Positions 7,968 to 18,567 of a stretch of 64,000 nt of DNA are shown here, piece by piece (the first letter of the stretch is position 1; every line of letters begins with the position of its first letter). The stretch is from Candidatus Eiseniibacteriota bacterium. GTDB taxonomy: Bacteria > Eisenbacteria > RBG-16-71-46. The notes under the pieces were generated by a model. The model had not been told where the DNA came from. It worked only from the letters and a program-made list of their open reading frames with translations, and searched no databases. Both the position numbers and the translations under genes were made by a program. Location: NCBI GenBank assembly GCA_963717505.1, contig OY970342.1, positions 3,008,001 to 3,072,000 of the forward strand, written 5' to 3'.

Positions 7968-9218
7968 ATGCACGCCTACTCGCTGTCGCATTTGAGCGAC
8001 TCCGAAGTCCTCCGAAGTGCGGCTGAGCACAACAGCCAGGAGCGAAGCAATGCGGCGATGCTGATCGCTCACATCGCCGAGATCGATTCCCGCCGCCTCT
8101 ACCTGCCCGCCGGCTATCCCACGACGTTCGAGTACTGTGTCGCGGAACTCAGGCTGTCGGAAGACGCGGCCCTGAAGCGCCTCCAGGTGGCGATGGCCGC
8201 CCGGAGCTTTCCGGTTCTCTTTTCGGCGCTGGCGGAGGGGCGAATCCATCTGACCGGAGCCCGTCTGCTGGCACCTCATCTGACCGCGGAGAACGTGGAC
8301 GAGGTGCTGGCGGCGGCCACCCACCGACGCAAGGCCGAGATTGAGGAGATGTTGGTCGAGCGCTTCGGCAGCTCGGAACGCGCTCGACCGATGACGTCGA
8401 TTACTCCTTTGAAAGTCTTACATGCCCCGGGGCATGTAATTCCTACACTGTTGGACTCGGTCGCCGAACCTGCACCGGCTTCGACGGACGAACCCCAGGC
8501 GGAAGAACCGGTCCAGGAGCCGGCGGCGCGGCCACCCGTGTGTTTCAAGCTCCAAGTCGTGATCGAGAAGAGCACGCACGACAAGTTGCGACATCTCCAG
8601 GCGCTGCTCAGCCATGCCCTCCCGACCGGCGATGTGGCACAAGTTCTCGACCGCTCGTTCGATGCCTTGATTGCGCAGCTCGAGCGACGGAAGTTCGCGG
8701 CCACGGCGAAGTCGCGGCAGACGGGCCCCTCGAGCGCCAACCCCCGACACATCCCGGCGCACGTGAAGCGAGCCGTACGAGAGCGGGATCAAGGGCAGTG
8801 CACGTTCGTGAGCCATACCGGCCAACGGTGCGGGGCGCGAAAGTTCATCGAGTACGACCATATTGAGCCGGTGGCCCGCGGCGGCCAGTCGACCGTGGAC
8901 AACCTGCGGCTGCGCTGTCGGGCGCACAACCAGTTCGAAGCCGAGCGCGTGTTCGGAGAGAGCTTCATGGACCAGAAGCGAGAGGCGGCTCGCCGGCAAT
9001 CAGAAGAGAAAGCAGCGACTCGACAGGAAACCCAAGACATTTTCAATGGACTCCGCGAGCTAGGATTCCGCGCCGTCGAGTCCCGTCGCGCCGCTGAATA
9101 CTCGGCCGCCCTTCCTGACTCGACGTTGGAGCGGCGCATGCGCGCAGCGATCAGTTATCTGCGCCCAAAGGTTCGATCTCACTCGCAATGCACCGCCGCA
9201 GGGGCAGCGCCAGCGTGA
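7968..9218 (+). CDS. HNH endonuclease with long helical N-terminal region (DUF222-like by recall) and short RuvA-CTD-like tail; probably a mobile/selfish gene
   Basis: IPAHVKRAVRERDQGQC...RC...IEYDHIEPVARGGQSTVDNLRLRCRAHN is an intact Zn-binding HNH motif. Codon usage is visibly less GC3-biased than its neighbours. ATG 7968 follows AGGAAG. Confidence 0.88.
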   Translation: MHAYSLSHLSDSEVLRSAAEHNSQERSNAAMLIAHIAEIDSRRLYLPAGYPTTFEYCVAELRLSEDAALKRLQVAMAARSFPVLFSALAEGRIHLTGARLLAPHLTAENVDEVLAAATHRRKAEIEEMLVERFGSSERARPMTSITPLKVLHAPGHVIPTLLDSVAEPAPASTDEPQAEEPVQEPAARPPVCFKLQVVIEKSTHDKLRHLQALLSHALPTGDVAQVLDRSFDALIAQLERRKFAATAKSRQTGPSSANPRHIPAHVKRAVRERDQGQCTFVSHTGQRCGARKFIEYDHIEPVARGGQSTVDNLRLRCRAHNQFEAERVFGESFMDQKREAARRQSEEKAATRQETQDIFNGLRELGFRAVESRRAAEYSAALPDSTLERRMRAAISYLRPKVRSHSQCTAAGAAPA

Positions 9219-9259
9219 CCGACCCCGTCATTCGTCAGGATCACGAAAACTCCACGGCT

Positions 9260-9287
9260 TTGTCCTGCCGCACGGCTCGCCTATCCT
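9260..9287 (+). promoter_or_regulatory. Putative promoter giving a leaderless glmM transcript
   Basis: TTGTCC, 16 nt, TATCCT (9282-9287), then 7 nt to the GTG start; no Shine-Dalgarno. Confidence 0.45.
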
Positions 9288-9294
9288 GCGCGCC

Positions 9295-10656
9295 GTGTCG
9301 ACACCCCTCATGATCTCGGTTTCCGGCATTCGCGGCATCGTCGGTGAAACACTGACCCCCGACGTCGTCACGCGCTTCGTCTCAGCCTTTGCCGCCGAAT
9401 TACCCCCAGGCCCCGTCGTGGTCGGCCGTGATGCGCGCATCAGCGGACCGATGGTGCTGCGCGCCGCCGCCGCGGGACTCACCGCCGCCGGGCGCGACGT
9501 GGTCGACTTGGGGCTCGCGACCACGCCCACCACTCAGGTCGCCGTCGAGCATCTGAAGGCCGCGGGCGGCGTCATCCTGACCGCGAGTCACAATCCCGCG
9601 CCGTGGAACGCGCTCAAGTTCCTCTCTCATCGCGGGGAGTTCCTCGATCCCGCAACCGGTCAGAAAGTCCGCGCGCGTTACGAATCGGGATCCCTTCCAT
9701 GGGCGGCGTTCGATCGACTCGGAACCGAGCGCACGGAAACCTCGGCGCTCGACTGGCACATCGAACAAATCCTGTCGCTCGACTTGATCGACCGCAAGCG
9801 CATCGCCGCGCGCTCGCTGCACGCGGTGGTCGACGGCTGTCACAGTGTCGGCGGCGTCGCAGTGCCGCGCCTGTTGCGCGAACTCGGGTTGCGCGTCACC
9901 GAGCTCGACTGCACTCCGGACGGCGCGTTCACCCGTGAGCTGGAGCCGCTGCCCGAACACCTCGGTGCGCTCGGCAAGGCGACCGCCGCCGCCGGCGCCG
10001 ACTTCGGCATCGCCCTCGATCCCGACGCCGACCGCGCCGCGTTCGTCGACCACGAGGGGGTGCCGCTCGGCGAGGAGTACACGCTGGCGCTCGGCGTCTC
10101 GGTCGTCCTGGAGAAACACCGCGGGCCGGTCGTGACAAACCTCTCGACCTCACGTATCGTCGATGCCGTCTGTTCCCGCCATGGAGTTCCCTTGCACCGA
10201 ACCCCGGTGGGCGAGGCCCACGTCGTTGAAAAGATGCGGGCCTGCGGGGCGATCGCCGGTGGCGAAGGCAACGGCGGCATGATCCTCCCGGCGGCGCACC
10301 ACGGCCGGGACGGCCTGGTCGCCGCGGCGCTGGTTTCCCAGGCGCTGGCCGCCAGTGGCAAAACCCTGAGGGATCTCGCCGATGCGCTGCCCCGATACCA
10401 TATGATCAAGGCTAAAATCGCGAGGCCCGATACCTCCTGGGACGCGGCAGCCGAACGGCTGCGCCGCGCCTTTCCCGATCACCGGGTCGAAGCTACCGAC
10501 GGCCTCCGCTTCAGCCGCGACGAGGAGTGGCTCCATGTCCGGCCGTCCAATACGGAGCCGATCGTGCGCTTGATCGCCGAGTCGCCGGGAGCGGCACGCA
10601 CCGCCGCCCTGATCGACGAAGCACGTCATTCGCTTCTGGCGGCGACGCCAACGTGA
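9295..10656 (+). CDS. glmM: Phosphoglucosamine mutase (alpha-D-phosphohexomutase family)
   Basis: SVSGIRG, catalytic TASHNP, metal loop DPDADR, GEGNGG, VRPSNTEPIVRL; directly upstream of glmS. Confidence 0.88.
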   Translation: MSTPLMISVSGIRGIVGETLTPDVVTRFVSAFAAELPPGPVVVGRDARISGPMVLRAAAAGLTAAGRDVVDLGLATTPTTQVAVEHLKAAGGVILTASHNPAPWNALKFLSHRGEFLDPATGQKVRARYESGSLPWAAFDRLGTERTETSALDWHIEQILSLDLIDRKRIAARSLHAVVDGCHSVGGVAVPRLLRELGLRVTELDCTPDGAFTRELEPLPEHLGALGKATAAAGADFGIALDPDADRAAFVDHEGVPLGEEYTLALGVSVVLEKHRGPVVTNLSTSRIVDAVCSRHGVPLHRTPVGEAHVVEKMRACGAIAGGEGNGGMILPAAHHGRDGLVAAALVSQALAASGKTLRDLADALPRYHMIKAKIARPDTSWDAAAERLRRAFPDHRVEATDGLRFSRDEEWLHVRPSNTEPIVRLIAESPGAARTAALIDEARHSLLAATPT

Positions 10657-10666
10657 GGAGTCTGCC

Positions 10667-12499
<1,833 letters not shown>

Positions 12500-12506
12500 G
12501 GAAGTC

Positions 12507-12908
12507 GTGAAGGCGCCCATCCAGGTCGCGGACGCTCCCAAGGCGATCGGTCCCTACAGTCAGGCGCAGGTGGTCCGACTCCACGGGGGCAATCGCATGG
12601 TGTTCACCTCGGGGCAGATCGCGCTCGACCCGAAGAGCGGCCAGATCGTGGCCGGCGGCATCACCGAGCAGACGGAGCGCGCCCTGGCGAATCTCGGCGC
12701 GGTGCTGGCCGGTGCCGGGCTCGGCTTCGGCGACATAGTCAAGACCACGGTGTTCCTGGTCGACATGGCCGACTTCGCCGAGATGAACCGCGCCTACGAG
12801 CGCAGCTTCGGCGCTTCGCCGCCCGCGCGCACCACCGTGGCCGTGGCCGCCCTACCCAAGGACAGTCGAATCGAGATCGAGGCGGTCGCGATCGGACGGG
12901 ACTTCTGA
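12507..12908 (+). CDS. ridA: RidA/YjgF family enamine deaminase
   Basis: APKAIGPYSQA, FTSGQI, IVKTTVFL, PPARTTV (catalytic Arg), IEIEAVA; GTG 12507 after GAGGA. Confidence 0.9.
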   Translation: MKAPIQVADAPKAIGPYSQAQVVRLHGGNRMVFTSGQIALDPKSGQIVAGGITEQTERALANLGAVLAGAGLGFGDIVKTTVFLVDMADFAEMNRAYERSFGASPPARTTVAVAALPKDSRIEIEAVAIGRDF

Positions 12909-12936
12909 ACGCGACACCCGGCTCGCAGGGGACACG

Positions 12937-13998
12937 GTGAGCGAGAAACGGCGCATCGAGATCCGCCTGACGGCTCAGGTCGCGTGTGCGGGTTGAGCCG
13001 CCAAGATGGGTCCGGCGGACCTGAGATCGGCTTTGAAAGGCCTTCCGCGCGCGAAACGCGACCGGCGCGTTCTCGTGGATCATTCGACGCTCGACGATGC
13101 GGGTGTCTTCGCCTATCGACCCGGTGAGGCGTGGGTGCAGACCGTGGATTTCTTCACCCCGGTGGTCGACGACCCCTATGACTACGGCCAGGTCGCGGCG
13201 GCCAACTCCGTGTCGGACGTCTACGCCATGGGCGGCAAGCCGCTGACCGCGCTCGCGCTGCTTTGCTATCCGGAGCACGGCATGCCGCCGGAGGTCCTGC
13301 CCGAGATCCTGCGCGGCGGCCAGGACAAGATGAGCGAAGCCGGGGTCAGCATCTTGGGCGGCCACACGGTGCGCGACCCCGAGATCAAGTTCGGCTACGC
13401 GGTGACCGGCGTGGTGAAGCGGGCTCGCGTGCTGACCAATGCCGGCGTGCGACCCGGCGACGCGCTGGTTCTGACCAAGCCGCTCGGCACCGGAATCCTG
13501 GCCACCGCGCTCAAGCAGCAACGGCTGACCGCGCCGCAGATTCGACGCCTGACCCGCTCGATGGTGCAGCTCAATCGCGCGGCCGCGGAGGCGGCGGTCG
13601 AGTTCGGCGCGCGCGCCGCGACCGATGTCACCGGCTACGGACTGATCGGTCACGCCCGACAGGTGGCCGACGCCAGCGGCGTCACGCTGCGGCTCCGCCC
13701 CGAGGCCCACTGGTTCCTGCCCCGAACGCTGGAGCTGGCGGCCGCCGGCGTGAAGCCGGGCGGACTCGGCACCAACCGCGAGTTCTTTGCGCCCTCGGTG
13801 GACGCGGGCCCCGTGGAGGGGCCGATGCTCGAGGCGCTGTTCGATCCCCAGACTTCGGGCGGACTCTTGATCTCGATTCCTGCGCGCCGGGCGTCGGCGC
13901 TCGAAAAGGCGCTCGATCGTCGCAGGGTGTGGCATGTCCGCGCCGGCGACGCGGTGGCCCGCGGGCCGTTTGCCCTCGAGCTCGTATCCGGTTCATGA
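12937..13998 (+). CDS. selD: Selenophosphate synthetase, selenoprotein form (TGA 12994-12996 = Sec)
   Basis: GTG 12937 gives MSEKRRIEIRLTAQVACAG-U-AAK in frame with track ORF 13006..13998. SelD motifs DDAGV, QTVDFFTPVVDDPY, GGHT, TDVTGYGL, DPQTSGGLL. The TGA is at the catalytic Cys/Sec position, three residues before the conserved Lys. Confidence 0.96.
12997..13032 (+). promoter_or_regulatory. Bacterial SECIS-like hairpin in selD mRNA
   Basis: Upper stem GGGTCC (13008-13013)/GGACCT (13017-13022) with a G-containing apical loop 17 nt after the TGA; lower pairing GCCG/CGGC. Confidence 0.7.
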
Positions 13999-14055
13999 TC
14001 GGTGACCGCTCGGCGGGGGTCGGAGGTCGGCCGCCCGCACTACCGTCGAGACTGC

Positions 14056-14153
14056 GGGAACGAATGGGTCCTGGTGGACTCCGGGGACTTCAAATCCTTC
14101 TGTCGGGCGCGGATCGCGTCCGAGGTGGGTTCGATTCCCACGCGTTCCCGCCA
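14056..14153 (+). tRNA. selC: tRNA-Sec(TCA)
   Basis: 98 nt. Acceptor GGGAACG/CGTTCCC, 6-bp D-stem GGGTCC/GGACTC with 4-nt loop, anticodon loop ctTCAaa, long variable arm TCGGGCGCG/CGCGTCCGA, T-arm GTGGG-TTCGATT-CCCAC, G73-CCA. Directly after selD. Confidence 0.96.
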
Positions 14154-14180
14154 CGTCGTAGCACCCGGGCGCGCGTCCTC

Positions 14181-14834
14181 GTGTGGATCGTGCTGTCGAT
14201 GGCGGCGCCCGCAGCCGCGCACGGGTTCGAGCTCGGTCCGGGCGGCTGGGAACCCTGGCTGCAAGCCGGGCCAGACTCGGTTCCGCCGCCGGCGGACAGC
14301 ACGCGCGTCATCACGCTGCCTGCCGACAGCTCGGGCGGCATAGCGCTGCCGGAGCGCGACGCCTCGAGCGTCAACGAGGCGGAGCTGACGCGCGAAGTGG
14401 AAACCAGCCGCGCACCGGGAGCGTTCTCGGAACCGCGCTGGGTCATGTTTCGCTCGTTGTTCGTGCCAGGGTGGGGACAGGCCTACAACCGTTCGTGGCT
14501 CAAGGCCGCGGCGATTGCGGGCGGGGAAATCTGGTTCATCACCAAGATCGTCGAGGATCGCGACGCGCTCGAGGATCTGGACCAAGCGGTCCAGGTTGCG
14601 CGTGATTCAGCCGACGCCGAGCTCGAGGAGGTAGCCGTGGAGGCCTACAATGCGCGATCCGCTCAACTCACGCGCCGCGAGTGGTTCCTGGGCGGATTGA
14701 TCGCGTACGCGATGGTCGACGCGTACGTCGACGCGCACTTCCGAAACTTCCGCATGGATCTGGATCCGATGCCCGCGATCCGGGGCCGCGGAGTCTCCTG
14801 GCGTATGCGTGCCCGTTGGGAGTGGCGATTTTGA
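14181..14834 (+). CDS. Exported/membrane protein, DUF5683-like; start uncertain
   Basis: Signal-like [15 protein letters not shown], motif [21 protein letters not shown], aromatic C-terminus WEWRF. It is the 3' part of track ORF 13263..14834. Confidence 0.7.
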   Translation: MWIVLSMAAPAAAHGFELGPGGWEPWLQAGPDSVPPPADSTRVITLPADSSGGIALPERDASSVNEAELTREVETSRAPGAFSEPRWVMFRSLFVPGWGQAYNRSWLKAAAIAGGEIWFITKIVEDRDALEDLDQAVQVARDSADAELEEVAVEAYNARSAQLTRREWFLGGLIAYAMVDAYVDAHFRNFRMDLDPMPAIRGRGVSWRMRARWEWRF

Positions 14835-14848
14835 CCGACCCGCGCCTC

Positions 14849-16639
14849 ATGCACATTCGCAACTTCTGCATCATCGCCCATATCGACCATGGCAAGAGCA
14901 CGCTGGCCGATCGCCTGCTGGAGCTGACGCACACCCTGACCCCACAGCAGATGAAGGCCCAGGTGCTCGACGACATGGACCTCGAGCGCGAGAAGGGGAT
15001 CACGATCAAGTCCCACGCGATCGCCATGGAGCACCGGGCGCGCGACGGCATCCAGTACGTCTTCAACCTGATCGACACGCCGGGCCACGTCGACTTCACC
15101 TACGAAGTCTCGCGCAGCCTGGCCGCGTGCGAGGGGGCGATCCTGGTGGTCGACGCGTCGCAGGGCATCGAGGCGCAGACGCTGTCCAACTATCTGCTCG
15201 CGCGCCAGCAGAACCTCACCGTGGTCGCGGCGATCAACAAAATCGACCTACCGGCAGCTCGTCCCGACGATGTGGCCCTCGAGATCGAGCATGCGACCGG
15301 GATCCCTGCCGAGAAGGTGTGCCGGATCAGTGCCAAGACCGGGTTTGGCGTCGAAGACCTGCTCGAGCAAGTGGTGGCCGAGATTCCGCCGCCGAGCGGC
15401 GATCCCGACGCCCCGCTGCGCGCGCTGATCTTCGACTCGAAGTTCGATCCCTACCGCGGCGTCGTGGCACTGGTACGGCTGGTCGACGGCCGGGTGCAGG
15501 CCGAGAAGCCGATTCGTTTCCTGTCCACCGGCAAGGAGCACGAGGTCACCGAGGTCGGCCGCATGCGGCTCAAGCTCGAGCCGACGGCGGAGCTCAAGGC
15601 CGGCGATGTCGGCTACGTGGTTGCCGGGGTCAAGACCGTCGCCGACGCGCGGGTCGGGGACACGCTGGCCGCGGCTGGCGTCGAAGAGGTGGTCGCGCTT
15701 CCGGGGTTCCGCGAGATCCAGTCGATGGTGTTCTCCGGCCTCTACCCGATCGAATCGGAACAATACGAGGAGCTCAAAGAGGCGCTGTCCAAGCTCAAGC
15801 TCAACGATGCGGCGCTGATCTACGAGCCGGAGAGCTCGGTCGCCCTGGGATTCGGCTTCCGCTGCGGCTTCCTCGGGCTCCTGCACCTGGAGATCGTCCA
15901 GGAGCGCCTGCGCCGCGAGTACGGCATCGATCTGATCGCGACCACGCCGAGTGTCGAGTATCACGTGCTGCGCACCGACGGCGAGCTGATGGTCGTCGAC
16001 AATCCCAGCCAGATGCCGCCGGTCCAAAACATCGAGAGCATCGAAGAGCCTTACGTGGTCGCGCACGTGATCACGCCCGCCGAATACCTCGGCAACCTGA
16101 TGAAGCTGTGCCAGGAGCGGCGGGGGATGTTCGTCAGCCTGGACTATCTCGAGGAGAAACGGGCGCGGGTCACCTACCGGCTGCCACTGGCCGAGATCGT
16201 CCTCGACTTCTACGATCGGTTGAAGTCGGTGTCGCGCGGCTACGCGTCACTCGACTACGAATTCGACGGCTACCGCGAAGGCGACGTGGTCAAGCTCGAC
16301 GTGTTGCTCAATGGCGAGCCGGTCGACGCGCTCTCGGCGATCGTGCACCGGGACAAGGCCTACGAATGGGGCCGCGACCTGTGCGCCAAGCTCAAGGAGC
16401 TGATTCCCAAGCAGATGTTCCAGGTCGCGATCCAGGCTGCGATCGGTGGCAAGATCGTCGCGCGCGAGACCCTGGGCGCGATGCGCAAGAACGTGACCGC
16501 GAAGTGTTACGGTGGCGACATCACCCGCAAGCGCAAGCTGCTCGAGAAACAGAAGGAAGGCAAGCGACGTATGAAGCAGATCGGAACGGTCGAGGTGCCC
16601 CAGGAGGCGTTCCTGGCGGTCCTCAAAGTCGAACGCTAG
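14849..16639 (+). CDS. lepA: Translation elongation factor 4
   Basis: [60 protein letters not shown]. Confidence 0.98.
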   Translation: MHIRNFCIIAHIDHGKSTLADRLLELTHTLTPQQMKAQVLDDMDLEREKGITIKSHAIAMEHRARDGIQYVFNLIDTPGHVDFTYEVSRSLAACEGAILVVDASQGIEAQTLSNYLLARQQNLTVVAAINKIDLPAARPDDVALEIEHATGIPAEKVCRISAKTGFGVEDLLEQVVAEIPPPSGDPDAPLRALIFDSKFDPYRGVVALVRLVDGRVQAEKPIRFLSTGKEHEVTEVGRMRLKLEPTAELKAGDVGYVVAGVKTVADARVGDTLAAAGVEEVVALPGFREIQSMVFSGLYPIESEQYEELKEALSKLKLNDAALIYEPESSVALGFGFRCGFLGLLHLEIVQERLRREYGIDLIATTPSVEYHVLRTDGELMVVDNPSQMPPVQNIESIEEPYVVAHVITPAEYLGNLMKLCQERRGMFVSLDYLEEKRARVTYRLPLAEIVLDFYDRLKSVSRGYASLDYEFDGYREGDVVKLDVLLNGEPVDALSAIVHRDKAYEWGRDLCAKLKELIPKQMFQVAIQAAIGGKIVARETLGAMRKNVTAKCYGGDITRKRKLLEKQKEGKRRMKQIGTVEVPQEAFLAVLKVER

Positions 16640-16651
16640 GCAAGGAGCACC

Positions 16652-17296
16652 ATGGCATCCCAGTCCCCGTCGTCAGCCCGATCGTCCCGGTCGGCCTCGG
16701 CCGTGATCCGCGAATACGTGGAAGCCGCTCTGTGGGCGCTGGCCCTGACGCTGTTCCTGCGCGCCTTCGTCATCCAGGCGTTTCGCATCCCTTCGGCGTC
16801 GATGCAGGAAACGCTGCTGATCGGCGATTTCCTGTTCGTCAACAAGTTCGAGTACGGGCCCAAGATTCCGTTCACCCACATCCGCCTGCCCGGCCTGCAT
16901 CCGCCGCGGCGCGGCGACGTCATCGTGTTCCAGTTCCCGCAGGACCCGAGCAAGGACTTCATCAAGCGGGCGGTCGCGACCGGCGGGGAGACTCTCGAGA
17001 TCCGCGACAAGGTGGTGAGCGTGAACGGCGACCCGCTCGAGGAGTCCTACGTCGTGCACAGCGACCCGTCGGTGCGGCCCGCGGGGTTCGACAATCGCGA
17101 CAACTTCGGACCGTTCACCGTCGGCGACGACCAGTTGTTCATGATGGGCGACAACCGGGACAACTCGAACGACAGCCGATACTGGGGACCGCTCGACATG
17201 GACTTGGTCAAAGGCCGCGCGATGTTCATCTATTGGTCGTGGAACGGAGACCGGCATTGGCCCCGATGGACGCGCATCCTGCGACCCATTCAGTAG
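16652..17296 (+). CDS. lepB: Signal peptidase I
   Basis: IPSASM (Ser), FIKR (Lys), MGDNRDNSNDSRYWG. Confidence 0.96.
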   Translation: MASQSPSSARSSRSASAVIREYVEAALWALALTLFLRAFVIQAFRIPSASMQETLLIGDFLFVNKFEYGPKIPFTHIRLPGLHPPRRGDVIVFQFPQDPSKDFIKRAVATGGETLEIRDKVVSVNGDPLEESYVVHSDPSVRPAGFDNRDNFGPFTVGDDQLFMMGDNRDNSNDSRYWGPLDMDLVKGRAMFIYWSWNGDRHWPRWTRILRPIQ

Positions 17297-17319
17297 TCCG
17301 GCGCACGCCCGGACCCTCG

Positions 17320-18567
17320 ATGGCCGCGCGCGACCAGGCGCGCGCCGGGCTCTACGTCCACGTGCCGTTCTGTGCGCGCCGCTGCAGCTACTGCGATTTC
17401 GCGACCGGATCGATGTCGCGTCACGCGGTCGAACGCTACCTGAACGCCATGGCGCTCGAAGCCGAGCGCCGGGCCGATGCCGCGCGCGGGCTCACGTTCA
17501 CCTCGGTGTTCTTCGGCGGCGGAACGCCGTCGGCGCTCGAGAGTTCGGCGTTTCGTTCGGTCGGGCGGATGCTGCGCGACCGCTTCGCGATCGCCGACGA
17601 CGCCGAGATCACGCTCGAAGCCAATCCCGAGTCGGTGCTGCCCGATCGAGTGGCGGCCTGGGTCGAGGCCGGGGTCAACCGCGTCTCGATGGGCGCACAG
17701 TCCTTCGATCCAGATGAGCTGGCGCGGCTCGGCAGGATCCACGACTCGGCGCGACCCGCCGAGGCGGCGCGTCGCATTCGCGCGGGCGGGATCGGCCGCC
17801 TGTCGCTCGATCTGATGTACGGCTACCCCGGACACACGACGACGACCTGGCGGTCGAGCCTCGAGCGTGCACTCGAGCTCGAGCCGGGGCATCTGTCGCT
17901 CTACTGCTTCATTCCCGAGCCGGGGACGCCGATGGGCGACGACGTTCTGGCCGGGCGGGTCGCGCTGCCGACGCCCGCGATCCAGGCCCGGATGCACGCG
18001 GCAGCACTGGATCGTTTGGATGAACACGGTTACTCGCCCTACGAAACCGCGAACTTCTGCCGGCCCGGCGAAGAGGCGCGCCACAATCTCGTGTACTGGC
18101 TCGCGCGTCCTTTCGTCGGCCTCGGTCCCTCGGCCCACGGTTGTCTGGAAGGTGAGCGCTACGGCAATCACGACTCTTTTTCGCGCTGGGCGACGACGCT
18201 CGAGCGGGGTGAGTCCGGCGAAGCGTTCCGCGAGCCCCCGGAGCCGCGCGCGCGCGCGCTCGAAGTCCTCATGCTGTCGTTGCGGCTCGGCAGTGGCCTG
18301 TCGCGCCGCGACCATTCCACGGAAACCTGGTCGGATCTGCTCGATCATTTCGGCGCCGGGCTCGAGGCGGCGGTCGCCGCCGGGCGTCTGCTCCGGCACC
18401 GGGAGGGCTGGCGGATCGCCGAACGTCATCGGTTCGTGGCCGACGACGTCATCGCCTGGGTGGCGGCGCGCGCCCGGACGCGCGCGATCGATTCGCGCCA
18501 CGGCCCGTCGCCGGACTTCCGGCTTGCGGCGGATCGTTCCGCCGCGCTAACGTCGGTGCCATGCTGA
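17320..18567 (+). CDS. hemW: Radical SAM heme chaperone HemW
   Basis: LYVHVPFCARRCSYCDF, FFGGGTPS, ITLEANP, HNLVYW; canonical lepA...hemW-hrcA context; ATG 17320 is in the frame of track ORF 14809..18567. Confidence 0.92.
   Translation: MAARDQARAGLYVHVPFCARRCSYCDFATGSMSRHAVERYLNAMALEAERRADAARGLTFTSVFFGGGTPSALESSAFRSVGRMLRDRFAIADDAEITLEANPESVLPDRVAAWVEAGVNRVSMGAQSFDPDELARLGRIHDSARPAEAARRIRAGGIGRLSLDLMYGYPGHTTTTWRSSLERALELEPGHLSLYCFIPEPGTPMGDDVLAGRVALPTPAIQARMHAAALDRLDEHGYSPYETANFCRPGEEARHNLVYWLARPFVGLGPSAHGCLEGERYGNHDSFSRWATTLERGESGEAFREPPEPRARALEVLMLSLRLGSGLSRRDHSTETWSDLLDHFGAGLEAAVAAGRLLRHREGWRIAERHRFVADDVIAWVAARARTRAIDSRHGPSPDFRLAADRSAALTSVPC
18524..18553 (+). promoter_or_regulatory. Putative leaderless hrcA promoter containing an 8-bp inverted repeat
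   Basis: TTGCGG (18524-18529), 18 nt, TAACGT (18548-18553), 7 nt to ATG. GCGGCGGA-tcgt-TCCGCCGC at 18526-18545. Confidence 0.5.

Noticed and set aside
7630-7995. Small ORFs (7630-7851 minus, 7771-7995 plus) in the HNH upstream region
   Set aside because: No recognisable motifs, no convincing ribosome-binding site, and atypical codon usage.
7495-9260. Possible att-site or target-site duplication of the tRNA-Thr 3' end around the HNH insert
   Set aside because: Only CTCCA (5 bp) recurs near 9250, too short to be significant, and no integrase is present.
14809-18567. Apparent 1252-aa fusion ORF, and similar 5'-extended ORFs (2956, 13263, 24689, 33906, 34790, 43978, 50877)
   Set aside because: The N-terminal parts are Arg/Pro/Gly-rich off-frame read-through of the upstream gene. 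Only the 3' portions match real families, and each has its own start codon.
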